A stretch of 32,000 nt of DNA from Psychrobacter sp. DM4 (lineage in GTDB: Bacteria > Pseudomonadota > Gammaproteobacteria > Pseudomonadales > Moraxellaceae), in assembly GCF_051307035.1 (NCBI RefSeq), contig NZ_CP195536.1:750001-782000 (forward strand), written 5' to 3'. The translations under genes and the position numbers were made by a program. This document shows positions 1 through 8,630 of this stretch, one piece after another. Every line of letters starts with the position of its first letter. Position 1 is the first letter of the stretch. The notes beneath the pieces are model-generated. The model did no database searches and was not told where the DNA came from. It saw only the letters and a list, made by a program, of their open reading frames with translations.

Positions 1-478
1 TTGCATCGATACTGACAAGACCCTCTAAGCGCTGCAAATCATTGAGCGCTTGTGCAAGAGACGCTTGACGGCTGGCTAATTCAGCTTTAGCGTTAGCGTT
101 ATTGGCAAGCGATGTTTGATAGTTTGCTTGCGCCTGTGCTATGGCAGCTTCTCCGCTGGTGATAGACGTTGTGTAGTTGTCAGGGTTTATACGATAAAGC
201 TCTTGTCCCTTTTTGACGTTACCGCCTTCTTGAAATCTCACCGCATCAATGACCCCATTTACTTGCGGGCGTACATCAGCGGTCTCAAAGGCCGCCGTAC
301 GACCAGAAAACGTTTGAACTTGAGGCACCGTGCCTAAAGTGACGGTTTGAACATTGACAACAGCAGGCGGCATCTGTTGCTGCGCCGCTGCGGCGTCTTC
401 ATCTTTTTTGTCACAGCCAACCAGTACAGCTCCAGATAGTACAGCGGCCATTACAAGCGTAAGAGTAGAGTGCTTCAT
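1..478 (-). CDS. RND efflux pump periplasmic adaptor (membrane fusion protein, AcrA/MexA family), N-terminal part; the 3' end lies outside the window
   Basis: Own translation of the minus strand from the ATG (complement of 476-478): MKHSTLTLVMAAVLSGAVLVGCDKKDEDAAAAQQQMPPAVVNVQTVTLGTVPQVQTFSGRTAAFETADVRPQVNGVIDAVRFQEGGNVKKGQELYRINPDNY... It has a lipobox (LVGC). The GRTxAxxxAxVRPQVxG and LYxIxP blocks match AcrA/MexA N-termini. GAGGA lies 6 nt upstream of the ATG. It is absent from the ORF track because it is open at the window edge. Confidence 0.85.
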   Translation of the reverse strand, partial: MKHSTLTLVMAAVLSGAVLVGCDKKDEDAAAAQQQMPPAVVNVQTVTLGTVPQVQTFSGRTAAFETADVRPQVNGVIDAVRFQEGGNVKKGQELYRINPDNYTTSITSGEAAIAQAQANYQTSLANNANAKAELASRQASLAQALNDLQRLEGLVSIDA

Positions 479-825
479 CAAGGTCCTCGTCGATATAGAT
501 ACGATATAAGTAAAGTGGGCGAACATATAAGTGAGCGTAGATAATCTAATGCTTGACAAGCAGTGGTTGTACCTTTCGCTCGTTAGATGTTGTCTAAGTA
601 TTGAATTAAAATGGGAGTGAATAAAAAAGTATTCATTATTATAAACTATTGGGTACACCCTATAGTCAAGTCATAAAGAGCGACCTAAGCTAAAATCTAT
701 TTATTTTAGCTACCTATAGAGCCTATAAGTTGACTTAACAATCAGGCCGTATCAAGGGATAAACAGATTTTACGAACAAATTGTTAACTTTTGTTGTAGA
801 CGATAATTTTGTCTAAATAGATGTA

Positions 826-1845
826 CTAAAGCAGTCGGGCGCTAGCAAGCTCAGTCAATTGATAGAGTCCGAGTCGATAGCGATTATCTGGTAAATCTCT
901 AAGCGCTTGCTGTGCCAGTCTCGTCTCCTCCAGGGCTCGCGCTGTACAGTAAGCGAGCGCACCTGACTGACGTACTAATTCAATCAGGTGTTCAGCATTT
1001 GGTGTTTTGCCCGTCTGTACCGCTACCCGCAATTGCTCATAACCTTTTTTATCACTGTCTTTTAATAGCTCTAATGCTTTGATTGTTGGCAGGGTAGGTT
1101 TACCTTCACTAAGATCATCACCTAAGTTTTTGCCCATAAGCTCGCTGTCACCACTATAATCAAGCACATCATCAATAATCTGAAAAGCATTACCGAAATG
1201 CTGACCAAAGTCAGAGAGCGCCTGCATATGCTCCTCTTGCCTTTGCAAAATGGCTGCGCCCTGGGTTGCCATCATAAATAGCCGCGAGGTTTTGCCATCG
1301 ATAATGTTGAGATAGTCCGTTTCGGTCGCCGCTGGATTATGCTGATGCTGAAGTTGTAATACTTCTCCCTCTGCAATATCGCAAGTGCCATCAGAGAACA
1401 ACTGTAAAAGAGGCAAGCTTCCAAAACCGACGAGTAGATTAAACGCCCGAGCAATCAGATAATCACCAACGAGCACGGCGGTTGCATTGTCCCACGTCGC
1501 ATTGGCAGTCGGCTTGCCGCGGCGCTGTCCTGACTCGTCAATCACATCATCGTGAACCAAAGTTGCGGTATGTAGCATCTCAGTAATTGCCGCTAAATGC
1601 ATTGCCTGCGTAGAGGGTTCGTCGTTTAGCATCCGCGAGCATAAGAGCGTTATCAGCGGGCGCATACGTTTGCCGCCTGCATTGATAACATGCTGAGAAA
1701 CACTCATTACTAGCTGTACTTTGGAATTTAAGCTGCCAAAAACTTGCTTATCCATAATCTCAAAGTCTGATGCGACTATGTTCTGAATATCACTATAGCT
1801 TGGGGCGGAGGTGGTTTGCGAATTAGATAAAGAGGCATTAGTCAT
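826..1845 (-). CDS. ispB: Octaprenyl-diphosphate synthase (trans-polyprenyl diphosphate synthase)
   Basis: Two aspartate-rich motifs (LVHDDVIDES and FQIIDDVLDY) and collinear similarity to E. coli IspB. It is divergent from rplU-rpmA as in E. coli. The ORF-track start at 1863 is a TTG; I prefer the first ATG at 1845 (MTNASL...). Neither start has a clear SD. Confidence 0.9.
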   Translation of the reverse strand: MTNASLSNSQTTSAPSYSDIQNIVASDFEIMDKQVFGSLNSKVQLVMSVSQHVINAGGKRMRPLITLLCSRMLNDEPSTQAMHLAAITEMLHTATLVHDDVIDESGQRRGKPTANATWDNATAVLVGDYLIARAFNLLVGFGSLPLLQLFSDGTCDIAEGEVLQLQHQHNPAATETDYLNIIDGKTSRLFMMATQGAAILQRQEEHMQALSDFGQHFGNAFQIIDDVLDYSGDSELMGKNLGDDLSEGKPTLPTIKALELLKDSDKKGYEQLRVAVQTGKTPNAEHLIELVRQSGALAYCTARALEETRLAQQALRDLPDNRYRLGLYQLTELASARLL

Positions 1846-2085
1846 AATCAGTCGTCGTATCAAGGGAGTAAAAACTCATTTATAAAACAAGCTAATAAGA
1901 AGAAAATAGTAAAGTTATAAATTTGCCTATAATAGCATAGCTGTCAAGTCTAATCGCTGTATTAAAAAGACTCATTCAGTGCGCGTGCTCTATTAAATCG
2001 TGTTTAAACAGTCGGTAATCCCTAGGCAATAATAGTATTATTTATTATGATAATGTACATCATCTCATCAGACGAAAAACGCAGT

Positions 2086-2115
2086 TTGTAAGTCGTTGAT
2101 TGGATAAGCTATAAT
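2086..2115 (+). promoter_or_regulatory. Candidate sigma70 promoter (TTGTAA-N18-TATAAT), distal to rplU
   Basis: Hexamers read directly. It would give a leader of about 200 nt before rplU. No experimental support. Confidence 0.35.
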
Positions 2116-2184
2116 AGCGAGCGCTATATTCCAATGTTGCGCGTGCGCTTACTTTATTTAACCTAGGTATAGCGATACAAAAGT

Positions 2185-2230
2185 GCAAAACGAACAAGAG
2201 AGATGACTTGCTTTTGCTGCAAAAGCCAAG
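2185..2230 (+). promoter_or_regulatory. Three-segment structure in the rplU upstream region (A GCAAAACGAACAAG, B CTTGCTTTTGC, C GCAAAAGCCAAG); B can pair with either A or C
   Basis: Complementarity read directly. B:C is 9 bp with one bulge. A:B is weaker (6+1+4 bp). The function is unknown. Confidence 0.25.
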
Positions 2231-2278
2231 TAAAATCTTGCCTTTAATTTTTCCCTGTCGTGTTCGTCATAAAAGCGC

Positions 2279-2287
2279 TGGTATAAT
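2279..2287 (+). promoter_or_regulatory. Candidate extended -10 promoter element (TGGTATAAT), proximal to rplU
   Basis: TGnTATAAT lies 37 nt upstream of the rplU ATG. There is no good -35, which is consistent with the extended -10 type. Confidence 0.4.
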
Positions 2288-2323
2288 ATCAGCCACGGCA
2301 CACGGGTTAAACGGAGTCAGACA

Positions 2324-2635
2324 ATGTACGCAGTAATTAAAACTGGTGGCAAACAACACCGTGTAGTCGTCGATGAGCTTTTAAAAGTTGAATTACTAAA
2401 AAGCGAGAAAGGCGAAACGATCACATTTGAAGACGTGTTGATGGTTGTTGATGGCGATGACATCAAAATCGGTCAGCCTACTGTAGACGGCGCTAGCGTA
2501 GAAGTTGAAGTGGTTGAGCATGGTCGCGGGGACAAAATCCGTATCATCAAGCACAATCGCCGTAAGCATTATCATAAAGAGCAAGGTCACCGCCAATGGT
2601 ACACCTTGTTAAAAATCAAAGCGATCAACGCCTAA
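2324..2635 (+). CDS. rplU: 50S ribosomal protein L21
   Basis: [14 protein letters not shown]... is the canonical L21 N-terminus. GGAG lies 9 nt upstream. rpmA follows directly. Confidence 0.97.
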   Translation: MYAVIKTGGKQHRVVVDELLKVELLKSEKGETITFEDVLMVVDGDDIKIGQPTVDGASVEVEVVEHGRGDKIRIIKHNRRKHYHKEQGHRQWYTLLKIKAINA

Positions 2636-2729
2636 CTTTGAATTTGGCTCAAGAAGCCAGATGATATAGCGTAGAATGCTTAAGAATTATCGCATAAATG
2701 ATAAGTCATATTAACAAGGAGAATTATCC

Positions 2730-2987
2730 ATGGCACATAAAAAAGCTGCCGGCTCAAGTCGCAACGGTCGTGATTCAAACCCAAAAATGCTTGGTGTAAA
2801 AATCTTTGGTGGTCAAACGATCACTGCTGGTAACATCATCGTTCGTCAACGTGGTACAGAATTCCACGCAGGCGAAGGCGTTGGCATGGGCCGCGACCAT
2901 ACTCTGTTTGCACTAAATGACGGTGTGGTAAAGTTTGCAACCAAAGGCAAATTTAACCGCCGCTACGTCATGGTTGAAAACGCATAA
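2730..2987 (+). CDS. rpmA: 50S ribosomal protein L27
   Basis: [24 protein letters not shown]...[12 protein letters not shown] is the canonical L27 sequence. AAGGAG lies 7 nt upstream. Confidence 0.97.
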   Translation: MAHKKAAGSSRNGRDSNPKMLGVKIFGGQTITAGNIIVRQRGTEFHAGEGVGMGRDHTLFALNDGVVKFATKGKFNRRYVMVENA

Positions 2988-3036
2988 TTGCAAGTTATTC
3001 ATGATCCTTTTTAGATCATAGCAGAGCAAGCAATAA

Positions 3037-3071
3037 AGTCCCTATTACCCGTTGGTAGTAGGGACTTTTTA
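3037..3071 (+). terminator. Rho-independent terminator after rpmA
   Basis: AGTCCCTATTACC / GGTAGTAGGGACT stem (1 mismatch) with a 4-nt loop, followed by TTTTT. Confidence 0.8.
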
Positions 3072-3414
3072 TATGAATACTGTTTATGATATAAAGCCTA
3101 AAAATTATATTGACGATGATAGTTATATTTTCACAATACAAATTTACGTGACGTGGATATGTAAATTATCAGGTTTAAAAATCGTATGAGCTAAGTTGAT
3201 ATGGACGTTACTGACCGCGTTACAAGCGCGTATGTCCCGCGTAGTAATGATTGCAAATCATGTCTAGGCGCGTAATAAAAAAGCTGGCACACTGTTGTCA
3301 TTGCCCAATAGCGTCGTTTGAATAGATGCATTAGGTATTGAACAGTAGATATCAAATAACACTAAAAATTTTGATTTTCATTTATGCGATAGCGCATTTT
3401 AGAGAGGAATAGCA

Positions 3415-4101
3415 ATGACTTATTCAACCAAGCAGACAACTTTTAAGCAAAAGATTATAGGTGGCGCTCTAGCTGGCGTTTTAGTAACCTCACTAGGGGT
3501 TGCAGCTCCCATGATAGCGATGACGCAAGCCGCTACAGCTGCACCTGCTGATAATCTGACCGCAGCCAAACGTCTAAACAAGTTACTCACCAACACTAAG
3601 AGTATGAGCGCTAACTTTACGCAAACGACCAAAGGCGCAAGCAGTGGCACCTTTAAAGGCGTTATGAGCGTTGAGCGTCCCAATAATTTTCGCTGGGAGA
3701 CGACATCACCCTCTGAGCAATTAATCGTCGCAAACGGCAGCTCAATGTGGATTTATGATAAAGATCTAGAGCAAGCCACCAAGCAAGGGGTAGATACTCA
3801 AGTTGGTAATACGCCAGCACTACTACTCTCAGGTGACCCTAGCAAAATCAATAGCAACTTTAAGGTGACCCAGCCTTATGCGAGCAAAAATTATTATGTG
3901 CTATATCCAAAATCAAATGATGCCAGCTTTAAAAGTTTGTCTATGAGCTTTAGTGGTGGTAAACCTGTGATGATGGTACTTAACGATACTTTAGGTCAGA
4001 CCACGTCGATCAAGTTTAGCAATATTAAACTCAACCCCAGTATCAATAGCAGTCAATTTAAATTCACGCCGCCAAAAGGCGTTGACGTTATCAATCAGTA
4101 G
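3415..4101 (+). CDS. lolA: Outer-membrane lipoprotein carrier protein LolA (periplasmic chaperone)
   Basis: N-terminal signal peptide (hydrophobic core, ...TQA/A). The FTQT...G.FKG...ERPNNFRWE...EQLIVANGSSMWIYDKDLEQAT block matches the LolA family signature. AGAGAGGA SD. Confidence 0.88.
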   Translation: MTYSTKQTTFKQKIIGGALAGVLVTSLGVAAPMIAMTQAATAAPADNLTAAKRLNKLLTNTKSMSANFTQTTKGASSGTFKGVMSVERPNNFRWETTSPSEQLIVANGSSMWIYDKDLEQATKQGVDTQVGNTPALLLSGDPSKINSNFKVTQPYASKNYYVLYPKSNDASFKSLSMSFSGGKPVMMVLNDTLGQTTSIKFSNIKLNPSINSSQFKFTPPKGVDVINQ

Positions 4102-4133
4102 GCTTAAAATTAGTAAGCCTAGAGTAGAAACAC

Positions 4134-4169
4134 AAAGGGACAAGCCGTTATTGGGCTTGTCCCTTTTTT
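4134..4169 (+). terminator. Rho-independent terminator after lolA
   Basis: Perfect 10-bp GC-rich stem GGGACAAGCC / GGCTTGTCCC, flanked by AAA upstream and TTTTTT downstream. Confidence 0.85.
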
Positions 4170-4486
4170 ATTAAAAGTTTAGTTTGTCATACGTATTGTT
4201 TGGGTGAGCGTGCTTATTACTCAGCAAGCACACTCTATGTGATTAGAATGTCTAGCATTCTATTTCTATTCTTTACTTTAACGCTCATGATCTAAACCAT
4301 TGAGAGTTTGAAATGGGCGTCAAACGTATATTTTCTAGCACAACATGCGCGTAAAAATACACGTTTTGTAGCATATAAAGTGACCCGTCAATACATCTAA
4401 AAACTGGCTTTTAAACCTTGATATGCGTATAGTGTGTAAACATTTTATACCAGTTGTCACCCTATTATTGACCGTACGTTATGAGC

Positions 4487-4518
4487 TATTAAATCAATTA
4501 AAAAATATTGATTTAATA
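4487..4518. promoter_or_regulatory. 12-bp perfect inverted repeat (TATTAAATCAAT-N8-ATTGATTTAATA) in the long nuo upstream region; candidate operator
   Basis: Read directly from the sequence. It lies about 230 bp upstream of the nuoA ATG, inside a 575-bp AT-rich non-coding region. The function is inferred only. Confidence 0.35.
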
Positions 4519-4744
4519 AGTTTGTACGCAATCATCAACTCAATACACTTAGCATAATGTTTTACTCGCGCAACTTAATGCTTAAGCTAGTTGATAGCAG
4601 ATGCACGTGTTCGCTAAGTGAGATGAGTTGTCAATAATATGGATAATTGGTCATTACCAGCACAGGCTGTCTGTGATTTTATCTGTATGATGTTTCCTTT
4701 AGGGTCAGCATTTTATATAGATTGGGTGAGGAGCAAGGATTATC

Positions 4745-5377
4745 ATGTCTGCTTTTGATTGGTCAGCAGTTGCTTTTATTCTAGCCGCTATTGGTTTGGT
4801 CGTATTCATGCTGGTCGTACCGCGGTTACTCGGTGGACGCTCAAGCGGATCACAAAAAGAAGAGGTGTTTGAGGCGGGTGTTGTCGGCTCTGGTAACGCG
4901 CGTATTCGCTTGTCTGCCAAATTTTATTTGGTGGCTATCTTTTTTGTGATTTTCGATCTAGAAGCGCTCTACTTGTATGCTTATTCAGTGTCGGTGGTAG
5001 AGGCGGGCTGGGTGGGTTTTGCTGCTGCCGCTGTCTTTATTATTATTCTACTCATAGGCTTGGTCTATGAGCTAAGTTTGGGTGCGATGAACTGGGCACC
5101 GGCTGACAAGCGCCACAAAACGGCTCGCCTAACCGCTGCGCCTGCAGGTTTCAATTTAGCCAGCATTACCAAGTTCGATGGCGTCGATGAGCTCATGATT
5201 GATCCAACAGGCAAGATACCTGCACAGTCCTCAGGTCAGATTAATGTCTCAAACAATATCGAAACCAATCGTCGTCATTTGCAAAATATTGATCATATCA
5301 ATACGACAGGCAATGTGACCACAGTGGATTTTGCCAGCTCAGCGTCGTATGATAACGTGCAAAAACCGATCAAATAA
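4745..5377 (+). CDS. nuoA: NADH-quinone oxidoreductase subunit A, with an unusually long C-terminal tail
   Basis: Three hydrophobic segments and the ND3/NuoA motif LSAKFYLVAIFFVIFDLEALYLY. AAGGA SD 7 nt upstream. It is the first gene of the nuo cluster. Confidence 0.95.
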   Translation: MSAFDWSAVAFILAAIGLVVFMLVVPRLLGGRSSGSQKEEVFEAGVVGSGNARIRLSAKFYLVAIFFVIFDLEALYLYAYSVSVVEAGWVGFAAAAVFIIILLIGLVYELSLGAMNWAPADKRHKTARLTAAPAGFNLASITKFDGVDELMIDPTGKIPAQSSGQINVSNNIETNRRHLQNIDHINTTGNVTTVDFASSASYDNVQKPIK

Positions 5378-5442
5378 TTGCTCCTATATACCTAATGCCT
5401 TACCTCTAATGTCATCGCGTATTTAAATAAAGGTTATCTGTT

Positions 5443-6111
5443 ATGAAATACACACTAACAAAAGCCAATCCTGACGCTGAACAATATCCTGCCCAGACTC
5501 GTCAAACGGTCAATGATCCTATCGAAGATGACGTTAATAAAAACGTCTTTATGGGTCGACTTGAAGACATGGTGCACTCGACCGCCAACTGGGGTCGCAA
5601 GCACTCCTTGTGGCCATTTAACTTTGGTACCTCGTGCTGCTACGTCGAATACGCGACGACTTTGACCGCTGTTCATGATTTGTCACGCTTTGGTGCTGAG
5701 GTCATTCGCGCCTCGCCACGTCAGGCTGATGTTATGATTGTCGCAGGTACTTGTTTTGTCAAAATGGCACCGGTTATTCAACGTCTATATGAACAAATGC
5801 TAGAGCCAAAATGGGTTATATCTATGGGCGCCTGTGCTAACTCAGGTGGCATGTACGACATCTATTCTGTGGTACAAGGTGTGGACAAGATTATTCCTGT
5901 TGATGTCTATGTGCCAGGTTGCCCGCCGCGCCCAGAGGCTCTGATTCAAGGCTTGATGCTCCTTCAAGAATCGATTACCAAAGAGCGTCGTCCGTTGGGT
6001 ATTCACGTCAATGAACAAGGCATTTATCAGCCGCAAATGACGCCTGAGCGCGATCGCAAACAAGCGGATCGCATTGCAGTCAAAAATTTGCGTAGTCCAG
6101 ATAGTATTTAA
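5443..6111 (+). CDS. nuoB: NADH-quinone oxidoreductase subunit B
   Basis: N2-cluster motifs [14 protein letters not shown] and PGCPPRPE. The N-terminus MKYTLTK...VNKNVFMG parallels E. coli NuoB. Confidence 0.97.
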   Translation: MKYTLTKANPDAEQYPAQTRQTVNDPIEDDVNKNVFMGRLEDMVHSTANWGRKHSLWPFNFGTSCCYVEYATTLTAVHDLSRFGAEVIRASPRQADVMIVAGTCFVKMAPVIQRLYEQMLEPKWVISMGACANSGGMYDIYSVVQGVDKIIPVDVYVPGCPPRPEALIQGLMLLQESITKERRPLGIHVNEQGIYQPQMTPERDRKQADRIAVKNLRSPDSI

Positions 6112-6194
6112 AGCCTCATTTTGCAATTGAGCATTTGAAGTTTAGCGTTGCGCTTATCACAGTCAGTTATGAGTAATGAAGGGAACCCTCATTC

Positions 6195-7970
6195 ATGGTC
6201 ACGGTAGTCGATAATATAGATCCCAAGATCAAGCCTATACCGGCAGTCATTCAAGAACTGACGCATAAGTACGCGGGTAAGTTCGTCGTACAGCATACGG
6301 TTGATGAGATTCCAACAGTATGGGTGGCACGCGCCGATCTGCTAGATATTCTCCTATTTCTACGTAAGCTGCCAAAGCCCTATGTCACGCTATTTGATTT
6401 ATCGGCGATGGATGAGCGTTTGCGTCAACATCGTAGAGGCTTGCCTGATAGTGACTTTACCGTGTTTTATCATCTGATGTCATTTGAGCGTAATAGTGAT
6501 GTGCGTATCAAGGTGGCTTTGGATGAAGATGATCTCAATGTGCCAAGCGCGACTAATATCTGGCCCAATGCCAACTGGTATGAGCGCGAAGTCTGGGATA
6601 TGTTTGGCATTGTCTTTAGTGGACACCCGCATCTGACTCGTATCTTGCTACCTAAGTACTGGGAAGGTCATCCGTTACGTAAAGAGTATCATGCGCGCGC
6701 AACAGAATTTACGCCATACTTTTTGAATGCGGCAAAACAGCAGTATGAGCAAGAAAACTTGCGCTTCGTCCCTGAGGAATGGGGCATGAAACGCTCAGGA
6801 CGTGATGAGGACTTTATGTTCTTGAACATCGGTCCTAACCATCCATCCGCTCATGGTGCATTCCGTTTGGTATTACAGCTTGATGGCGAAGAAGTCGTCG
6901 ACTGTATTCCCGATATTGGTTATCATCATCGCGGCGCGGAAAAGATGGCGGAGCGCCAAACCTGGCACTCCTATATTCCATATACCGACCGTATCGATTA
7001 CCTTGGCGGGGTGATGAATGAGCTTCCATATATCATGTCAGTTGAGAAACTAGCTGGTATTACTATTCCTGCGCGCGCTGAGACCATTCGCGTGATGATG
7101 AGTGAGTTTTTCCGTATTACTAACAACTTGCTCTTTGTCGGTACCTTTATTCAGGATGCAGGCGGGATGACGCCAGTGTTTTATATGTTTACTGATCGTC
7201 AAAAAGCATATGATGTGATTGAGGCGGTAACCGGTTATCGTATGCACCCGGCATGGTTCCGTATTGGCGGTACGGCCGCTGATTTGCCGCGCGGCTGGCA
7301 GCGCTTGGTTCGTGAGTTTTTGGACTGGATGCCCAAGCGCTTGGATGAGTATGTCAAAGCGGCATTACAAAATAGCGTACTCAAAGGTCGTACCCAAGGC
7401 GTCGCACAGTACAACGCCAAGCAAGCATTGGCTTGGGGCGTAACAGGAGCGGGTCTGCGAGCGACGGGTATCGACTTTGATTTGCGTAAAGCTCGCCCGT
7501 ACATGGGTTATGAGAACTACGACTTTGAAGTACCTATTGGCTATAATGGCGATGCTTATGATCGCTGTATGGTCAAAGTTGAAGAGATGCGTCAGTCCCT
7601 ACGTATTATCCGTCAGTGTATGGATAACATGCCGCAAGGCCCGTACAAAGCTGATCATCCTTTATCAGTACCACCGCCAAAAGATCGTACTCTAAACGAT
7701 ATCGAAACCTTGATTAACCACTTTATCTCCGTCTCTTGGGGCCCTGTCATGCCAGCGGGGGAATGTGCGACGATAGTCGAGGCCACTAAAGGCTTGAACA
7801 GTTATTACATCACCTCAGACAAAGCAACCATGAGTTATCGTACCCGTATCCGCACGCCGACATTTGCACATATTCAGCAGATGCCGTCAGTGATCAATGG
7901 CTCGCTTGTGTCCGACGCTATTATGTATTTGGCATCAATTGATATCGTCATGGCGGATTGTGATCGCTAG
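6195..7970 (+). CDS. nuoCD: NADH-quinone oxidoreductase subunit C/D (fused)
   Basis: The N-terminal half has the 30-kDa/NuoC motif [19 protein letters not shown]. The C-terminal half has the 49-kDa/NuoD motifs [13 protein letters not shown] and the C-terminal DIVMADCDR. It is a single 591-aa ORF, as in E. coli. Confidence 0.97.
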   Translation: MVTVVDNIDPKIKPIPAVIQELTHKYAGKFVVQHTVDEIPTVWVARADLLDILLFLRKLPKPYVTLFDLSAMDERLRQHRRGLPDSDFTVFYHLMSFERNSDVRIKVALDEDDLNVPSATNIWPNANWYEREVWDMFGIVFSGHPHLTRILLPKYWEGHPLRKEYHARATEFTPYFLNAAKQQYEQENLRFVPEEWGMKRSGRDEDFMFLNIGPNHPSAHGAFRLVLQLDGEEVVDCIPDIGYHHRGAEKMAERQTWHSYIPYTDRIDYLGGVMNELPYIMSVEKLAGITIPARAETIRVMMSEFFRITNNLLFVGTFIQDAGGMTPVFYMFTDRQKAYDVIEAVTGYRMHPAWFRIGGTAADLPRGWQRLVREFLDWMPKRLDEYVKAALQNSVLKGRTQGVAQYNAKQALAWGVTGAGLRATGIDFDLRKARPYMGYENYDFEVPIGYNGDAYDRCMVKVEEMRQSLRIIRQCMDNMPQGPYKADHPLSVPPPKDRTLNDIETLINHFISVSWGPVMPAGECATIVEATKGLNSYYITSDKATMSYRTRIRTPTFAHIQQMPSVINGSLVSDAIMYLASIDIVMADCDR

Positions 7971-8120
7971 TACATTATTAGCCGTACCTTTAAGAGATAA
8001 GATTGATCTATAGTTTATCGCCAAATGGCACCCCAAATTGCGATTCTATTTCAATTGATTAGCGATAATAGCGCTTAACTATTGAAAGTAAGCAAGATGA
8101 GTAAGGATTGATAAGAGATT

Positions 8121-8630
8121 ATGAGAATTGTTTCTGACAAAATGCCAAAAGTAGATGTGGCCAGTATTTTGACCACAAGTGAGATTGACGCTATTCATGA
8201 ATTTATGCATCATTATCCGCATGCACGCGCAGCCTCATTAGATGCTCTAAAAATAGTACAAAAGCGCAATGGCTGGGTCGATGACGCACAAGTAAATGCC
8301 ATCGCCAATCTATTGGATATTCCCGTCACAGACATGGACGGCGTCGCTACCTTTTTTAATCGTATTTATCGTCAGCCTGTTGGTCGTCACGTGATTTTAC
8401 TGTGTGATTCTGTGGCTTGTTACTTGACGGGATACGAAGCATTATCGGCCGCGCTACGTTTGCATCTAGGTATTGACTACGGGCAGACAACGCCTGACGG
8501 CCGTTTTACTTTGCTACCGATTTGCTGCTTGGGCAATTGCGACAAAGGTCCTGCGGTACTGATAGGCGAGGACACTTATGGCCCTATTCAGCCCACTGAG
8601 GTTGCGCAACTATTGGAGCTATACGCATGA
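8121..8630 (+). CDS. nuoE: NADH-quinone oxidoreductase subunit E
   Basis: 2Fe-2S ligand pattern CDSVAC...[10 protein letters not shown]. It is collinear with E. coli NuoE (ALKIVQK..GWV, GVATF, QPVGRH). An in-frame TAA at 8112-8114 rules out an upstream start. Confidence 0.96.
   Translation: MRIVSDKMPKVDVASILTTSEIDAIHEFMHHYPHARAASLDALKIVQKRNGWVDDAQVNAIANLLDIPVTDMDGVATFFNRIYRQPVGRHVILLCDSVACYLTGYEALSAALRLHLGIDYGQTTPDGRFTLLPICCLGNCDKGPAVLIGEDTYGPIQPTEVAQLLELYA

Noticed and set aside
116-337. 73-aa ORF on the + strand
   Set aside because: It lies entirely antisense to the well-supported AcrA/MexA-type adaptor gene (1-478, -). It has an odd composition and no SD.
688-711. 9-bp hairpin AGCTAAAAT-N6-ATTTTAGCT downstream of ispB, considered as its terminator
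   Set aside because: It is an AT-only stem with no U-tract on either strand and lies more than 110 nt from the ispB stop. That is not convincing for an intrinsic terminator.
1846-1863. ORF-track N-terminal extension of ispB. The same issue occurs at 25519-25551 for ybeY and 26685-26762 for phoH.
   Set aside because: All three extended starts are TTG codons with no SD. Downstream ATGs align with the N-termini of the E. coli homologues, and for ybeY the ATG also has an AGGGA SD.
2028-2042. 15-bp palindrome AATAATAgTATTATT in the ispB-rplU intergenic region
   Set aside because: It is pure A/T low-complexity sequence in an AT-rich spacer, so a chance occurrence is plausible. There is nothing to tie it to a function.
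4487-4518. Reading the nuo upstream dyad as an FNR/ANR box because it contains ATCAA and TTGAT
   Set aside because: The half-sites are in the wrong order and spacing (ATCAA-N10-TTGAT rather than TTGAT-N4-ATCAA). I make no regulator assignment.
8097-8111. 4-codon mini-ORF (MSKD) just before nuoE as a real leader peptide
   Set aside because: It is too short, has a poor SD and there is no supporting evidence. I mention it only within the gap finding.
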